DNA from: Candidatus Hydrogenedentota bacterium
GTDB taxonomy: Bacteria; Hydrogenedentota; Hydrogenedentia; Hydrogenedentales; SLHB01
Assembly: GCA_963668025.2 (NCBI GenBank)
Contig: CAXXTH010000022.1
Span: forward strand, 1-64,000
DNA length: 64,000 nt
Reading direction: 5' to 3'
The notes under the pieces were generated by a model, which had not been told where the DNA came from, did no database searches, and saw only the letters and a program-made list of their open reading frames with translations. This document shows positions 29,255 to 39,215 of this stretch, one piece after another. The first letter of the stretch is position 1; every line of letters starts with the position of its first letter. Made by a program: the position numbers and the translations under genes.

Positions 29255-30790
29255 ATGCGCGATAGCCGCTCCCAATTTCTGGCCTTGCTTGTCTTTATGC
29301 TTGCCGTGGTGCTTGTGCTGGGCAATGGTTTCGCCGCCCGCATTTTCGCCCAAGGCCAGGAAACGGATGTTTTCCAGCAGATCCAGCCCATCGGAAATGT
29401 CCTGGATGAAGTGCTGACCAGTTACGTCCGCGAGCCGGATACGGATAAGCTCGTCGAGGGTGCGATTCGCGGCATGATGAATTCCTTGGATGACCATAGC
29501 TCGTACTTGCCGAAAGAAGCCTTCGACCGCATGCAAGAGGAGACAGACGGCGAGTTTGACGGCATCGGCATTGTAATTGGGCTGAATGATGATAAGATCG
29601 TGAGCGTATTCCAAGTGATCGAGGGCGCGCCCGCCGCGAAAGCGGGCATGCTTCCCGGCGATATCATCCTCAGCATCAACGACATTTCGACCGACGGAAT
29701 GGCTATCGACGAAGCCAGGGATCACATTCGGGGCCCGAATGGCACTCCTGTCCACTTGACTGTTTTACGGCGGTATGACGATCCGAAACGCGAGGCCGAT
29801 ATACTCGAGATCGACGTGGTGCGCGGCAAGGTGCCATTCTGGAGCGTCGCTGAACACCGCATGCTGCCCGGCGATGGCGGCATCGGCTACATCCGAGTCA
29901 CCGACTTCAAGAAAACGACTGCGGATGAAATCGCCGAGAAATTGGAAGGCCTCAAGAAAGAAGGCATGAAGGCCCTGATTATTGACTTGCGTAGCAATCC
30001 GGGTGGCCTGCTGACGGCGTCGAAAGAAGCCGCTGAGTTATTCCTTCCGAAAGGCACACTGGTGACGTATACCAAAGGGCGCAACGGCGCGGAGAAGGAG
30101 CTGGCCGAGAATCTGCGGCTGACGACGGAGCGCAAGCCCATATTGCCCGAATCGCTGCCCATCGTATTGTTGGTCAACGACCTTACGGCAAGCTCCGCCG
30201 AGATTGTCACCGGCGCGCTTCAATACTGGGAACGCGCATTGGTGGTGGGGATGAAAACGTATGGCAAGGGCAGCGTGCAGACGATTATCCCTCTGGCGCG
30301 CCCCGAAGGCAGCGCCATACGGCTCACCACGGCGCTTTACTATACGCCCGCCGAGGTGACGATTGATAAAGAAGGCATTCTGCCTGATGTGGAAGTGCTG
30401 ATGAGCAAGGATGAATGGCGGGCGCTACAGATCAAAATCGTCAAGGAGACCATGGCGGTTCCACCCGATCTGGAAGAACGGCTCATGAACAGCGGCGGTG
30501 AATCGGATGGCCCGAAAGTGACGCCAGAAAACGTGGTGGATACGCAGCTTGAACGCGCCGTGCAACTGCTGCGCGAGGAGCCCGTGTTTGAAAAGCTCAT
30601 CGCCAAGTATCATAAGGACACCCATTTGACGCAACATGCCCATCAGGAAGAACAGACGCCGGCGACGGACGCCGCAGCACCCGCTCAATCCGGCGCCGCG
30701 CCCGCTGAAGACACGCCGGCTGAAGAAGCGCCTGCTGAGCCTCCCGTTACACAGCCCACTGAACCTGCCCCCGCAGGCAGCCAATCGTAA
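29255..30790 (+). CDS. ctpA: S41 carboxyl-terminal processing protease (PDZ plus peptidase)
   Basis: GGAGG RBS; [44 protein letters not shown]. Confidence 0.93.
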   Translation: MRDSRSQFLALLVFMLAVVLVLGNGFAARIFAQGQETDVFQQIQPIGNVLDEVLTSYVREPDTDKLVEGAIRGMMNSLDDHSSYLPKEAFDRMQEETDGEFDGIGIVIGLNDDKIVSVFQVIEGAPAAKAGMLPGDIILSINDISTDGMAIDEARDHIRGPNGTPVHLTVLRRYDDPKREADILEIDVVRGKVPFWSVAEHRMLPGDGGIGYIRVTDFKKTTADEIAEKLEGLKKEGMKALIIDLRSNPGGLLTASKEAAELFLPKGTLVTYTKGRNGAEKELAENLRLTTERKPILPESLPIVLLVNDLTASSAEIVTGALQYWERALVVGMKTYGKGSVQTIIPLARPEGSAIRLTTALYYTPAEVTIDKEGILPDVEVLMSKDEWRALQIKIVKETMAVPPDLEERLMNSGGESDGPKVTPENVVDTQLERAVQLLREEPVFEKLIAKYHKDTHLTQHAHQEEQTPATDAAAPAQSGAAPAEDTPAEEAPAEPPVTQPTEPAPAGSQS

Positions 30791-30804
30791 GGGAGATTCC
30801 AGGC

Positions 30805-31515
30805 ATGCGGCCAGACCAACGCGCCATGGATGTATTACGTCCGGTGGCCATAGAGCGGAACTTCACAAAACATGCGGAAGGCTCAGTATTTGTCGCATTC
30901 GGCGACACGCAGGTGTTATGCACGGCGACCGTGGAAGACCGTGTGCCGCCTTTCTTGAAAGACAAGGGCACGGGATGGATCACGGCGGAATACGCCATGC
31001 TGCCCCGTTCCACCCACAGCCGGATCCCGCGCGATGCGTCTAAAAAAGGGCGCGCCCAGGAAATCAGCCGCTTGATCGGGCGCTCGCTTCGATGCGTGGC
31101 GGACCTCGAATTATTAGGCTCACGCCAAATCACCATTGATTGCGACGTGCTGCAAGCCGATGGCGGCACCCGTACCGCAGCCATCACCGGGGCATATGTC
31201 GCCTTATATGACGCCCTCCTATGGATGTGCGAACGGGACATGATCAATCAGCCCCCTTTGCTAGGCCACTGCGCCGCCGTCAGCGTCGGTGTCATTGAGG
31301 GCGAACCGCGCCTTGATTTATGTTATCAAGAGGATGTCTGTGCGGATGTGGACATGAATGTGGTCATGCGGGGAGATGGCCGATTGATCGAGGTGCAGGG
31401 ATGCGCCGAAGGCGAAGCTTTTTCGCGCGAGATGTTGAACCGCCTCCTCGACCTGGCGGAAGTGGGATGCAAAGCCTTATTCCGCATCCAGCAGGAGGCC
31501 CTCGAAAGTGCCTGA
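30805..31515 (+). CDS. rph: Ribonuclease PH
   Basis: [43 protein letters not shown]. Confidence 0.97.
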   Translation: MRPDQRAMDVLRPVAIERNFTKHAEGSVFVAFGDTQVLCTATVEDRVPPFLKDKGTGWITAEYAMLPRSTHSRIPRDASKKGRAQEISRLIGRSLRCVADLELLGSRQITIDCDVLQADGGTRTAAITGAYVALYDALLWMCERDMINQPPLLGHCAAVSVGVIEGEPRLDLCYQEDVCADVDMNVVMRGDGRLIEVQGCAEGEAFSREMLNRLLDLAEVGCKALFRIQQEALESA

Positions 31516-32113
31516 CGCCGTTCGAGTTCCTTTGCTCATTGGTTCGGGAAATCGGGATAAAGCCGCCGAACTCACCCATCTCCTCCAGGGGCTTCCGTGG
31601 GATGTCCGCAGCCTTCGGGAGCATCCTTCCGTGGATGAACCGGAAGAGGATGGAGACACCTTCGAAGCGAACGCCCTCAAAAAAGCCCGGTATTACGGCG
31701 CGTGTTTCGAGGTGGCATGCGTGGCGGATGATTCCGGATTGGTGGTGGACGCCCTCGGCGGCGCGCCGGGAGTCTGGTCGGCGCGGTATGCCGGGCCGGA
31801 ATGCACCTATGCCGATAACAACGCAAAACTCTTGCGCGCCCTTGATGGCTTGGATGAATCCGCGCGCACGGCGCGGTTTGTGTGTTGTGCGGCCCTTGTG
31901 CTGCCCGATGGGCGGTTTCATATTGAACATGGCGCCGTTGAAGGCCGGATTGCTGTTGCGCCACGCGGCGGAAATGGCTTTGGGTACGACCCCCTTTTCG
32001 TCCACGATGGATTCGAGCAGACTTTTGGGGAGCTTGACGCGGAAACCAAGCACGGCATCAGCCACCGCGGCCGGGCATTTGAAAAATTAAAAGCGTACCT
32101 TGCCACCTTATAA
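31508..32113 (+). CDS. rdgB: Non-canonical purine NTP pyrophosphatase
   Basis: [34 protein letters not shown]; overlaps rph. Confidence 0.96.
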   Translation: MPDAVRVPLLIGSGNRDKAAELTHLLQGLPWDVRSLREHPSVDEPEEDGDTFEANALKKARYYGACFEVACVADDSGLVVDALGGAPGVWSARYAGPECTYADNNAKLLRALDGLDESARTARFVCCAALVLPDGRFHIEHGAVEGRIAVAPRGGNGFGYDPLFVHDGFEQTFGELDAETKHGISHRGRAFEKLKAYLATL

Positions 32114-32165
32114 TAGGTTCACGCAGGCTGGCGCGCCCGATACATCATTGGACTGCGCATGTCTA

Positions 32166-32636
32166 TTATAAAATGCGGTGCAGCTTGCTCATGTTGGGCT
32201 GTGAACGGCTAATCTTCTGCTCCGACTGAAAGTCATGCGCCACTTGCTGCAACAGATCCAGCGCATTGCGCTTCAAACTGTCAGAAGGCCGCTCGTTCAT
32301 GCTGTGGCACAAAAACACCGTCACAATGGCCCGGTGCTCATGCAAACGGCAATGGCATCTCCCCGTTTTACGCCATTCACTCGGGCAATGGCACTGGATT
32401 CCCGCCACAGGCGCAATGCCTTCCATGGGAAGCAACATGGCGGTTGCTTCTGGAAAACGGTGGCAAAAGCGTTCGAGGACGGGAGGGAGATGCTCGATGT
32501 CCACGAGCATCGAACGCTGTTCTTTCACGCCATCCGGATAAAAGGTGACTTCCGCGTGCGGCTCTTTGAAGTGAGCACGGAACGCCTGGCACAAATAGAC
32601 AATGGCCTTCGGTGCATCTTGAAACCGTTCGATCAT
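32166..32636 (-). CDS. Hypothetical Cys/His-containing protein
   Basis: AAGGAGG RBS upstream of ATG; CHC-x8-CHC motif. Confidence 0.55.
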   Translation of the reverse strand: MIERFQDAPKAIVYLCQAFRAHFKEPHAEVTFYPDGVKEQRSMLVDIEHLPPVLERFCHRFPEATAMLLPMEGIAPVAGIQCHCPSEWRKTGRCHCRLHEHRAIVTVFLCHSMNERPSDSLKRNALDLLQQVAHDFQSEQKISRSQPNMSKLHRIL

Positions 32637-32828
32637 GCCCGCGCCCTCCTTGAGGATATGCGACCGCTTCCCAGGCTCTCCGCCGCCCAGATTTCATCTC
32701 TTTCGCACAAATTATACTGTAGAAGCCCGTCCGCTGCAATAGAAAGAAAACCTGTTTGCAAACAGGCTGACGTGAGCATTGCCCACAACCCAATGGAACG
32801 GCATAACGCTGTTCATTCTCGTTTACCG

Positions 32829-32933
32829 TTGCGTGCTTGGCGGCTTTGCGTGCGTATAAATTGTTGGGCGTACTGGTGGTAGTCGCGTGTAAATCCATAA
32901 TAATGTATTTCACGCAAAGCCACGAAGCCGCAA
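32829..32933. repeat. Imperfect inverted short repeats (CACGCAAAGCC-type)
   Basis: TTGCGTGCTTGGCGGCTTTGCGTG ... CACGCAAAGCCACGAAGCCGCAA in an intergenic region. Confidence 0.5.
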
Positions 32934-33225
32934 AGAATACAAGGTTAAACGCATGGCATACCAGCAATCAAAAAGCTGGATTTTGAGGCCATCTTTTACA
33001 GGCGCGAGGACGTTGACCACCGTACAATGGAACGCCATGAATCTGACGATTTTCGCAGCCGCTAAACTATTGTAAAAAAGTTACTTGCGTCTGTAGGCGA
33101 AAAAACTTTTTTCGTTTTCTTATAGAAGCAGGAGTGTAAGGTACTGATTGACTTGCCTGCGGAGTGAAGAGATAATGAGGCGCACCCGCAGGATAGAAAA
33201 GGCCATTTTGGCGCTAGGAGCCTGT

Positions 33226-33855
33226 ATGAAACGCCATTACATCGCGATTGCCATCATTCTACTGGCCATCGGAAGCGCCCAGGCCGCGTTGCGCGCTCAA
33301 CAAGCCCGCGCGGGCATGTCGGCCATGCCAGAATCCATCAGTCAAATACCAAGCCAAATAGGAGATTTCCGGCAGCTTGGCGCTGATGAAGGTGTGGATG
33401 AACACACTAAGGCGTATCTGGAGACCAGCTCCATATTGATTCGTAACTATGTGAACAGCAAAGGCTGGCCTGTTCAGCTTACCATTGTGTATGCAGGCTC
33501 CACCCGGCGCAGCCTGCATTTTCCCGAGGTATGCCTTGTGGGCGAAGGCAATGAGATCCGCGAACAAACGGTGATGCCGGTCGGATTCCTATTCGACGCC
33601 AAACGCCTTGTACTGTCCAATAGCGAAAACCAGCAAGCCGTTCTATATTGGTTCAAAACAGGCGAAACCATGACCGGCAATTACTTTTTGAATGCCCTCT
33701 ATTGGGCGCAGGGACAAGTGTTGTTCCAAGCGCCGAACTCGGCCATGATCAAATTGGCCACGATTATTGGCCCAGGAGGGGATGAAGCCGCTTTTCTTAC
33801 CCTTCAAGATTTCGCGCTTAAACTCCAGCCGGTGCTGACGGAGCATGTGCCTTGA
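33226..33855 (+). CDS. EpsI family (exosortase-associated, DUF3485-like) protein
   Basis: N-terminal TM; RNY...V.LTIVY; LHFPEVCLVGEG (HxPExC); VLYWF; AGGAG RBS. Confidence 0.85.
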   Translation: MKRHYIAIAIILLAIGSAQAALRAQQARAGMSAMPESISQIPSQIGDFRQLGADEGVDEHTKAYLETSSILIRNYVNSKGWPVQLTIVYAGSTRRSLHFPEVCLVGEGNEIREQTVMPVGFLFDAKRLVLSNSENQQAVLYWFKTGETMTGNYFLNALYWAQGQVLFQAPNSAMIKLATIIGPGGDEAAFLTLQDFALKLQPVLTEHVP

Positions 33856-34004
33856 TATGGATTTCGCGGGCCGTGAAATCACTGCTATCGTTAGCCGAAG
33901 CACATCATGTATCTAGTCATGCTGTGTTTTTATGGTTCATCAAAATCGGTGTTCATCTATCATCCGTGGATCAAAACGCATAGAGATATGGAGACATTTC
34001 GATT

Positions 34005-36533
34005 ATGACTAGAAGAGGGCGTGTGCTGGCGGGCCGTATGGCCGCATTGGCCATTTTAGCCGCCCTCGGGGCGTCTATCCTGGCCTCGATAAATAACAAT
34101 CCCGCGCCTACGGCGGAAGCCATTGCTCCCGCGGCCGCTGCTCCCCCAAAAAGCGAACAAGCCGAACCAATCGCAGCCGCCTCCCCGGAAAAAACTCCAC
34201 CTGTTGAACCGTCCCAGCCTCCCTCCAAAGCGCGTGACGCCATCGAAGGCACGCCAGAAGCCCGCGTCCTTATCAGCGAGGATACGCTCGTGCCCCAAGT
34301 GAAGCGGCTGGGGATAAATTTTGCCAATTACGAGCGATGGGGCGCAGGTAATTTTACAAACAACATCCTCTTTGAGCCCGGTTTCGAGGGAAGCCTGTAT
34401 GGCGAAGCGATCCTTGTAGGCAAAGGCGCTACGGCGGAACGCGTCCCTCAAGCGAACTGGTCTGTTTCATGGAACAGTGATAAATCCGGCATTGGACAGC
34501 CCGAAGGATTCTGGGATGGCGCTTCTTATGAATTCGCCACCGGGCCTGCCCGAGGCAGGCGGGGAACCGTGCGCTCGTTCAAACTGGAACAGGATCAGAA
34601 TGTTTTCTACCTGGACGGAAGCGGCCCTGCTCCGGAAGAGCAGGACGTCTTGCTCATTCGCAGGAATGGCCCCAGCGAAGACCCAGATAACAGCGGCCCG
34701 CCGCGTCCAGGAAGCCCTGGCGCTCAATCACGCCATTTACGGTACGCGGGGCAGCCATGGGAGCCTGCGTATAGCAAGCTCACGGATGCCATGAGCCGTT
34801 CGGATGCCTCGGCAGGAAAACTATTTCCTATCCGGGGAAAATGGAGGGTAAGCTTCTGGGCCAAAGGCAAAGGCCCCGGCACGAAACTCCAGGCGCAGTT
34901 CTTGCGGCAATCTAAAGAATTCCCGCCATTTCTGGACAAAAGCATCACACTTGAAGAAGACTGGAAGGAATACCAATGGGAATTCGCGGCGCCTGATTCC
35001 CGAGATGCTCCCGGAGGGAAAGCATCGGCCTTGGCGTTCTTATTGACGTTGCCGGAAGAAGGCGCGGAGGCATGGGTGGATGACGCCGCCATCACGCGTT
35101 TGGATGTGCGCAATCCGACGGCGTTTTCGGACGCCATCGTGGAGCGCTTGAAGGAGTTACGCCCAGGCGTGCTGCGCCATTGGAATGAGCAATTCGGAAG
35201 CACGCTTGACAACGAGCTGGCTGCGCCTTGGGCGCGTAAAGCGACTGGCTTCAGTCCTCAAAAGCGCAAGGCGGAACACTATGGTTTTTCGCTCCATGAG
35301 TTTCTCGAACTCTGCCACTATCTGGACGCTGAACCCTGGTATGCCGTCCCTCCCACGTTCACGCCCGAGGAATGGAGCCAGCTCGCCGCCTATTTGGCTG
35401 CGCCCGCCAGCAGCAAGGAGCCGTATGCCCAGCTTCGGGCAAAACTGGGCCAAGCAGCGCCGTGGACCGATGTGTTTCCCGTGATCCATATCGAATTCGG
35501 CAATGAACTATGGGGAGCCGCCGATGGGCGCGACCCCTTCTTCGGGGCGTCCATGTGCGGGGGCGAACGGCTGGGGGAAGCCGCTGCACGGCGATTCGCC
35601 CTGTTCCGGGAAAGCCCCTATTTCAAGCCGGATTCGTTTGACCTTATCATTGGCGGACAGGCTTCCACGGCCTGGCGGCAGAAGGAGATCGACGACAATA
35701 GCACGGCGCATGACACCATCGCCCTCGCGCCCTATTTCGGAAAACTGGATGAATTCGGCTCCTCCGAAGCCATCTACTATCCCCTATTCGCATCGCCCTT
35801 CCACCAAGTTCAGTCGGGGCCTTTGCGCGAAAGCCAAACACTCCTCGATAAGGCGGGCCGGGGCACGGGCCTCGCGATATATGAGATCAACTTCCATACG
35901 ACCAGCGGAACTGTTCCTTTGCGGATTCGCAACGATTTCGTGGCGGGGGCCGCTGGGGCTTTGGCGCTCCCATTGCATATGCTCACCTACCTGCGCGATT
36001 TTCGCGCGGCCACACAATGCGCCTTTAACACCGTACAGTTCTCCCGCAGTATCGCCAACAATGAAAACGTGCGTTTGTGGGGCATGTTGCGCGACCTCGA
36101 ATCCACCGGGCGAAAACGGCCTACCTGGCTGGGCGTGGAACTGGTGAACCGCGTCTTATCGGGCGCTCTCATTCGCACGGAAGTGCAAGGCGGCCTGCGC
36201 CGCATCCAGCCGCCGCTTAATGGCGTCGAGAAAGAAACCGAGTTCGGCCTCGTCCAAGCGTTTGCTTTCCGGGATAAGGCGCGTTATGGCCTCGTGCTGT
36301 TCAACTTGAGTCTCGATACGCCGCAAAAAATCACTATCGAACTCCCGTCACCGCCGGACGGCTCTGCGGAAATGAACCAAATCGTTCCCGCCTCGCTGAG
36401 CGACACTAATGAAGAACGCGAAACGGTGCGCATCGAGACCCATGCAGTCGAGGGCTTCGGCAGTCCTTATGTGCTCGAAATGCCCCCCCACTCCATTATG
36501 GCGCTGGGATGGCTTGCCAAAACGCCTGCTTGA
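34005..36533 (+). CDS. Exported clan GH-A glycoside hydrolase (GH51/GH79-like) with CBM-like insert
   Basis: Signal anchor plus Pro/Ala linker; LKELRPGVLR, EFLELCHYLDAEPW, IEFGNELWG, AIYEIN. Confidence 0.7.
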   Translation: MTRRGRVLAGRMAALAILAALGASILASINNNPAPTAEAIAPAAAAPPKSEQAEPIAAASPEKTPPVEPSQPPSKARDAIEGTPEARVLISEDTLVPQVKRLGINFANYERWGAGNFTNNILFEPGFEGSLYGEAILVGKGATAERVPQANWSVSWNSDKSGIGQPEGFWDGASYEFATGPARGRRGTVRSFKLEQDQNVFYLDGSGPAPEEQDVLLIRRNGPSEDPDNSGPPRPGSPGAQSRHLRYAGQPWEPAYSKLTDAMSRSDASAGKLFPIRGKWRVSFWAKGKGPGTKLQAQFLRQSKEFPPFLDKSITLEEDWKEYQWEFAAPDSRDAPGGKASALAFLLTLPEEGAEAWVDDAAITRLDVRNPTAFSDAIVERLKELRPGVLRHWNEQFGSTLDNELAAPWARKATGFSPQKRKAEHYGFSLHEFLELCHYLDAEPWYAVPPTFTPEEWSQLAAYLAAPASSKEPYAQLRAKLGQAAPWTDVFPVIHIEFGNELWGAADGRDPFFGASMCGGERLGEAAARRFALFRESPYFKPDSFDLIIGGQASTAWRQKEIDDNSTAHDTIALAPYFGKLDEFGSSEAIYYPLFASPFHQVQSGPLRESQTLLDKAGRGTGLAIYEINFHTTSGTVPLRIRNDFVAGAAGALALPLHMLTYLRDFRAATQCAFNTVQFSRSIANNENVRLWGMLRDLESTGRKRPTWLGVELVNRVLSGALIRTEVQGGLRRIQPPLNGVEKETEFGLVQAFAFRDKARYGLVLFNLSLDTPQKITIELPSPPDGSAEMNQIVPASLSDTNEERETVRIETHAVEGFGSPYVLEMPPHSIMALGWLAKTPA

Positions 36534-36702
36534 GAACGCCCGTTATCGCAGGGAGCAAAGGAGGGAGTTTGACACGGTAAGCGCTTTCTGCTAGACTTTA
36601 TTACTATTTTTTACGCATTGCGCCCTCTTGTACAATAACATTTTTTGTGTTAAAGTTGTCCGTGCAAAGCTAGGTGATCACGCCAACAAAGGAGCAAGTC
36701 GC

Positions 36703-37797
36703 ATGTCCAGTCCATTTTCCCTAAGCGTTACACCCCATTGGGAAGGCCTCATTCAATGCATCGAACGCCGTGGCGAGCCTGCCCGCGTGCATTTCATTGA
36801 ACTGTTCCTGGATATCGAGGTACAGGAAGCCATTGCGAAGCGGTTCGGCTTGCATCAGAAGCTAGATCCCAATGACCCCTATTACCATTTAAAACGGCAA
36901 ATAGAGTTGCAAGCGTTTCTGGGCTATGATTTTGTCCGCTGCGGCGTTGAAGGCATCGATCTTCCCTTGCATTATGGGGTGGCGGCCGATACGGCGGGAG
37001 AGGAGATGGCGCGCGGCGGAGGGCGCTCCTTCATAGATGAAAACCGGGGCCCCATCACTTCCTGGGAAGAATTTGAACGGTATCCCTGGCCCGAGCCGAA
37101 GAGTATCAATACACAGAACCTGGAATGGTATGAAAAGAATTTGCCGGACCACATGTGCATCATCGGCAGCGGCGGATTCGCCCACTTCGCCGAGGAGGTG
37201 ACGTGGCTGATGGGGTATACCACATTCTGCATGGCCCTGTATGAACAGCGCGATTTGATTATCGCCATCTATGAGAAATTACTGGAGTTATATAAAGCCT
37301 CCGCCGAGCGCATCCTGGAATTTTCTTGCGTGAAAGCACTTTGGGGCAGTGATGACATGGGCTACCGGGGCGGCCCTCTCATGAGCCCGGCGGACATGCG
37401 GGAGTTTGTGCTGGGAGGCCACAAGCTCATGGCCCAAATGGCCCATGATAAAGGCATGCCGTATTTACTGCATTCGTGCGGCAACCTCGAACTCATCATG
37501 GACGATCTAATCAACGAGGTGAAGATCGACGCCAAGCATTCTTTCGAAGATACTATTGAGCAAGTCACGGAAGTGAAGCATACATATGGCAAAAAAATCG
37601 CCCTGCTGGGAGGCATAGATGTGGATTTCCTCTGCCGCGCCAGTGAGGAAGAAGTGCGCCAGCGGACGCGCAAGACCCTTGAGGCCTGCATGCCCGGCGG
37701 CGGCTATTGCTTGGGCACCGGAAATAGCGTAGCCAATTACATCCCCGTGGACAATTATCTGGCCATGCTGGATGAAGGGCGCAAATATATGGCGTAA
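36703..37797 (+). CDS. Uroporphyrinogen decarboxylase/MtaA-like TIM barrel family protein
   Basis: SDDMG, LHSCGN, LLGGIDVDFL, GGGYCLGTGNSVANYIPVDNY. Confidence 0.88.
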   Translation: MSSPFSLSVTPHWEGLIQCIERRGEPARVHFIELFLDIEVQEAIAKRFGLHQKLDPNDPYYHLKRQIELQAFLGYDFVRCGVEGIDLPLHYGVAADTAGEEMARGGGRSFIDENRGPITSWEEFERYPWPEPKSINTQNLEWYEKNLPDHMCIIGSGGFAHFAEEVTWLMGYTTFCMALYEQRDLIIAIYEKLLELYKASAERILEFSCVKALWGSDDMGYRGGPLMSPADMREFVLGGHKLMAQMAHDKGMPYLLHSCGNLELIMDDLINEVKIDAKHSFEDTIEQVTEVKHTYGKKIALLGGIDVDFLCRASEEEVRQRTRKTLEACMPGGGYCLGTGNSVANYIPVDNYLAMLDEGRKYMA

Positions 37798-37801
37798 CGG
37801 C

Positions 37802-39076
37802 CTACGCGGTTTCAATAATGGCTTCGTAGCCCAATTTCTCGATGGCGGCGACGAGGGCGTTTTTATCCACGCCTTCCCCTGCCACGAGGGCTTCTCCTGC
37901 GTCGAGGTTAACTTCCGCGTTCGTGACGCCAGCGCTTTCGCGCAAGGCGCGCCCCACCGCGTTGGCGCAATGGGAACAGGTCATGCCATTAATTCTGAGC
38001 TTTATTGCATGCTCCATTTTCGTTTCCTTTGTTTCGCTGCCTGCCATTTTCTTGCGAGGCCACAAACTGGCGGCCAGCACGGCGAGCAATATAGCGGCCC
38101 AGACGTGTCCCAACCAGGATGCGCCCATCACGTGCGCATGGCCAGCCATATCCATGCCGTGTTCGGGAAAATGCTTAAAAATCGCATCTAGCGATAATCC
38201 CGCGCCTAACGCAGTAAAGGCCACCGTTCCAAGGTAAATGAGCGCAGTCCGCCTGCCCAGCACTTTCCATACGACGGAGATGGTGGCGGCGTTGGTGGCG
38301 GGGCCAGCGATCAAGAAGACCAGCGCCGCGCCAGGCGATGCGCCCATGTGCATGAATCCTAATGCCAGCGGGATGGAGGCCGTGGCGCACACATACAATG
38401 GGATTCCTACGGCCGCCATGGCCAGCATCGCCCATATCCCGCCGCCCAAATAGGGCGCTAAGGCATTTTCACTCACGAAGATCGATATCACGCCTGCTAT
38501 GAGAATGCCCAAAAGCAAGGGCCGGGCAATATCCCTCGGCAACGCCACCAGGCCATAATGGAGCGCCTCTTTGATGAGTTTTAATTTCTGACGGCCGCCG
38601 GAGACGGCGATGTGGCTGCTTGCGGGAGATGCGCTATCTTGCAATTCCTGTTCAGGATCCAACAATGCGGCCATGCCGCCGCCAAGCACGCCCGTGATTA
38701 GCGCCACCACGGGCCGATAAATCGCGAATACCGGGCCTAACAGCGCATAAGTGGCCAACATCGAATCCAAACCGGTTTGCGGCGTCGAGAGCAAAAAAGC
38801 CAGCGTAGCGCCCCGGCTTGCGCCATGGGCGCGAATCGAAGCCGCCACCGGAATCACGCCGCATGAACACAAAGGCAGCGGGACGCCCAGCAAGGCGCTC
38901 TTGAGCACGGGAAGTAGGCCGCGCCCGCCCAGATGGCGCTCCACCCATTCCGGAGAAATGAAAACATACATCACGCCGGAAATGAGAAAACCAAAGAGCA
39001 AATACGGCGCCATTTCGCCCAGCACTTGCCAGCATGCGGCGGCGACGCCTAGTATCAGTTCCATATCCGCCTCCAT
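37802..39076 (-). CDS. SO_0444/ArsP-family metal permease with C-terminal HMA domain
   Basis: GVPLPLCSCGVIP, STPQTG, PLYVCATASIP, GPATN; C-terminal GMTCSHC. Confidence 0.92.
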   Translation of the reverse strand: MEADMELILGVAAACWQVLGEMAPYLLFGFLISGVMYVFISPEWVERHLGGRGLLPVLKSALLGVPLPLCSCGVIPVAASIRAHGASRGATLAFLLSTPQTGLDSMLATYALLGPVFAIYRPVVALITGVLGGGMAALLDPEQELQDSASPASSHIAVSGGRQKLKLIKEALHYGLVALPRDIARPLLLGILIAGVISIFVSENALAPYLGGGIWAMLAMAAVGIPLYVCATASIPLALGFMHMGASPGAALVFLIAGPATNAATISVVWKVLGRRTALIYLGTVAFTALGAGLSLDAIFKHFPEHGMDMAGHAHVMGASWLGHVWAAILLAVLAASLWPRKKMAGSETKETKMEHAIKLRINGMTCSHCANAVGRALRESAGVTNAEVNLDAGEALVAGEGVDKNALVAAIEKLGYEAIIETA

Positions 39077-39215
39077 TTTAAAGTTTTTGCTTTGTTATAT
39101 ATTCTTTGGCTTATAGATAATAGTTCACTTAATCATACAATTCCCTTAACCGATGGGGATACGCATTGATTCCTCATTCTAAACAACGATAGACTGCCCT
39201 TCACTCTGGAGATCA

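Noticed and set aside
33943-33972. ATCGGTGTTCATC...ATCCGTGG short repeat-like element
   Set aside because: Single degenerate copy, too little evidence within this window
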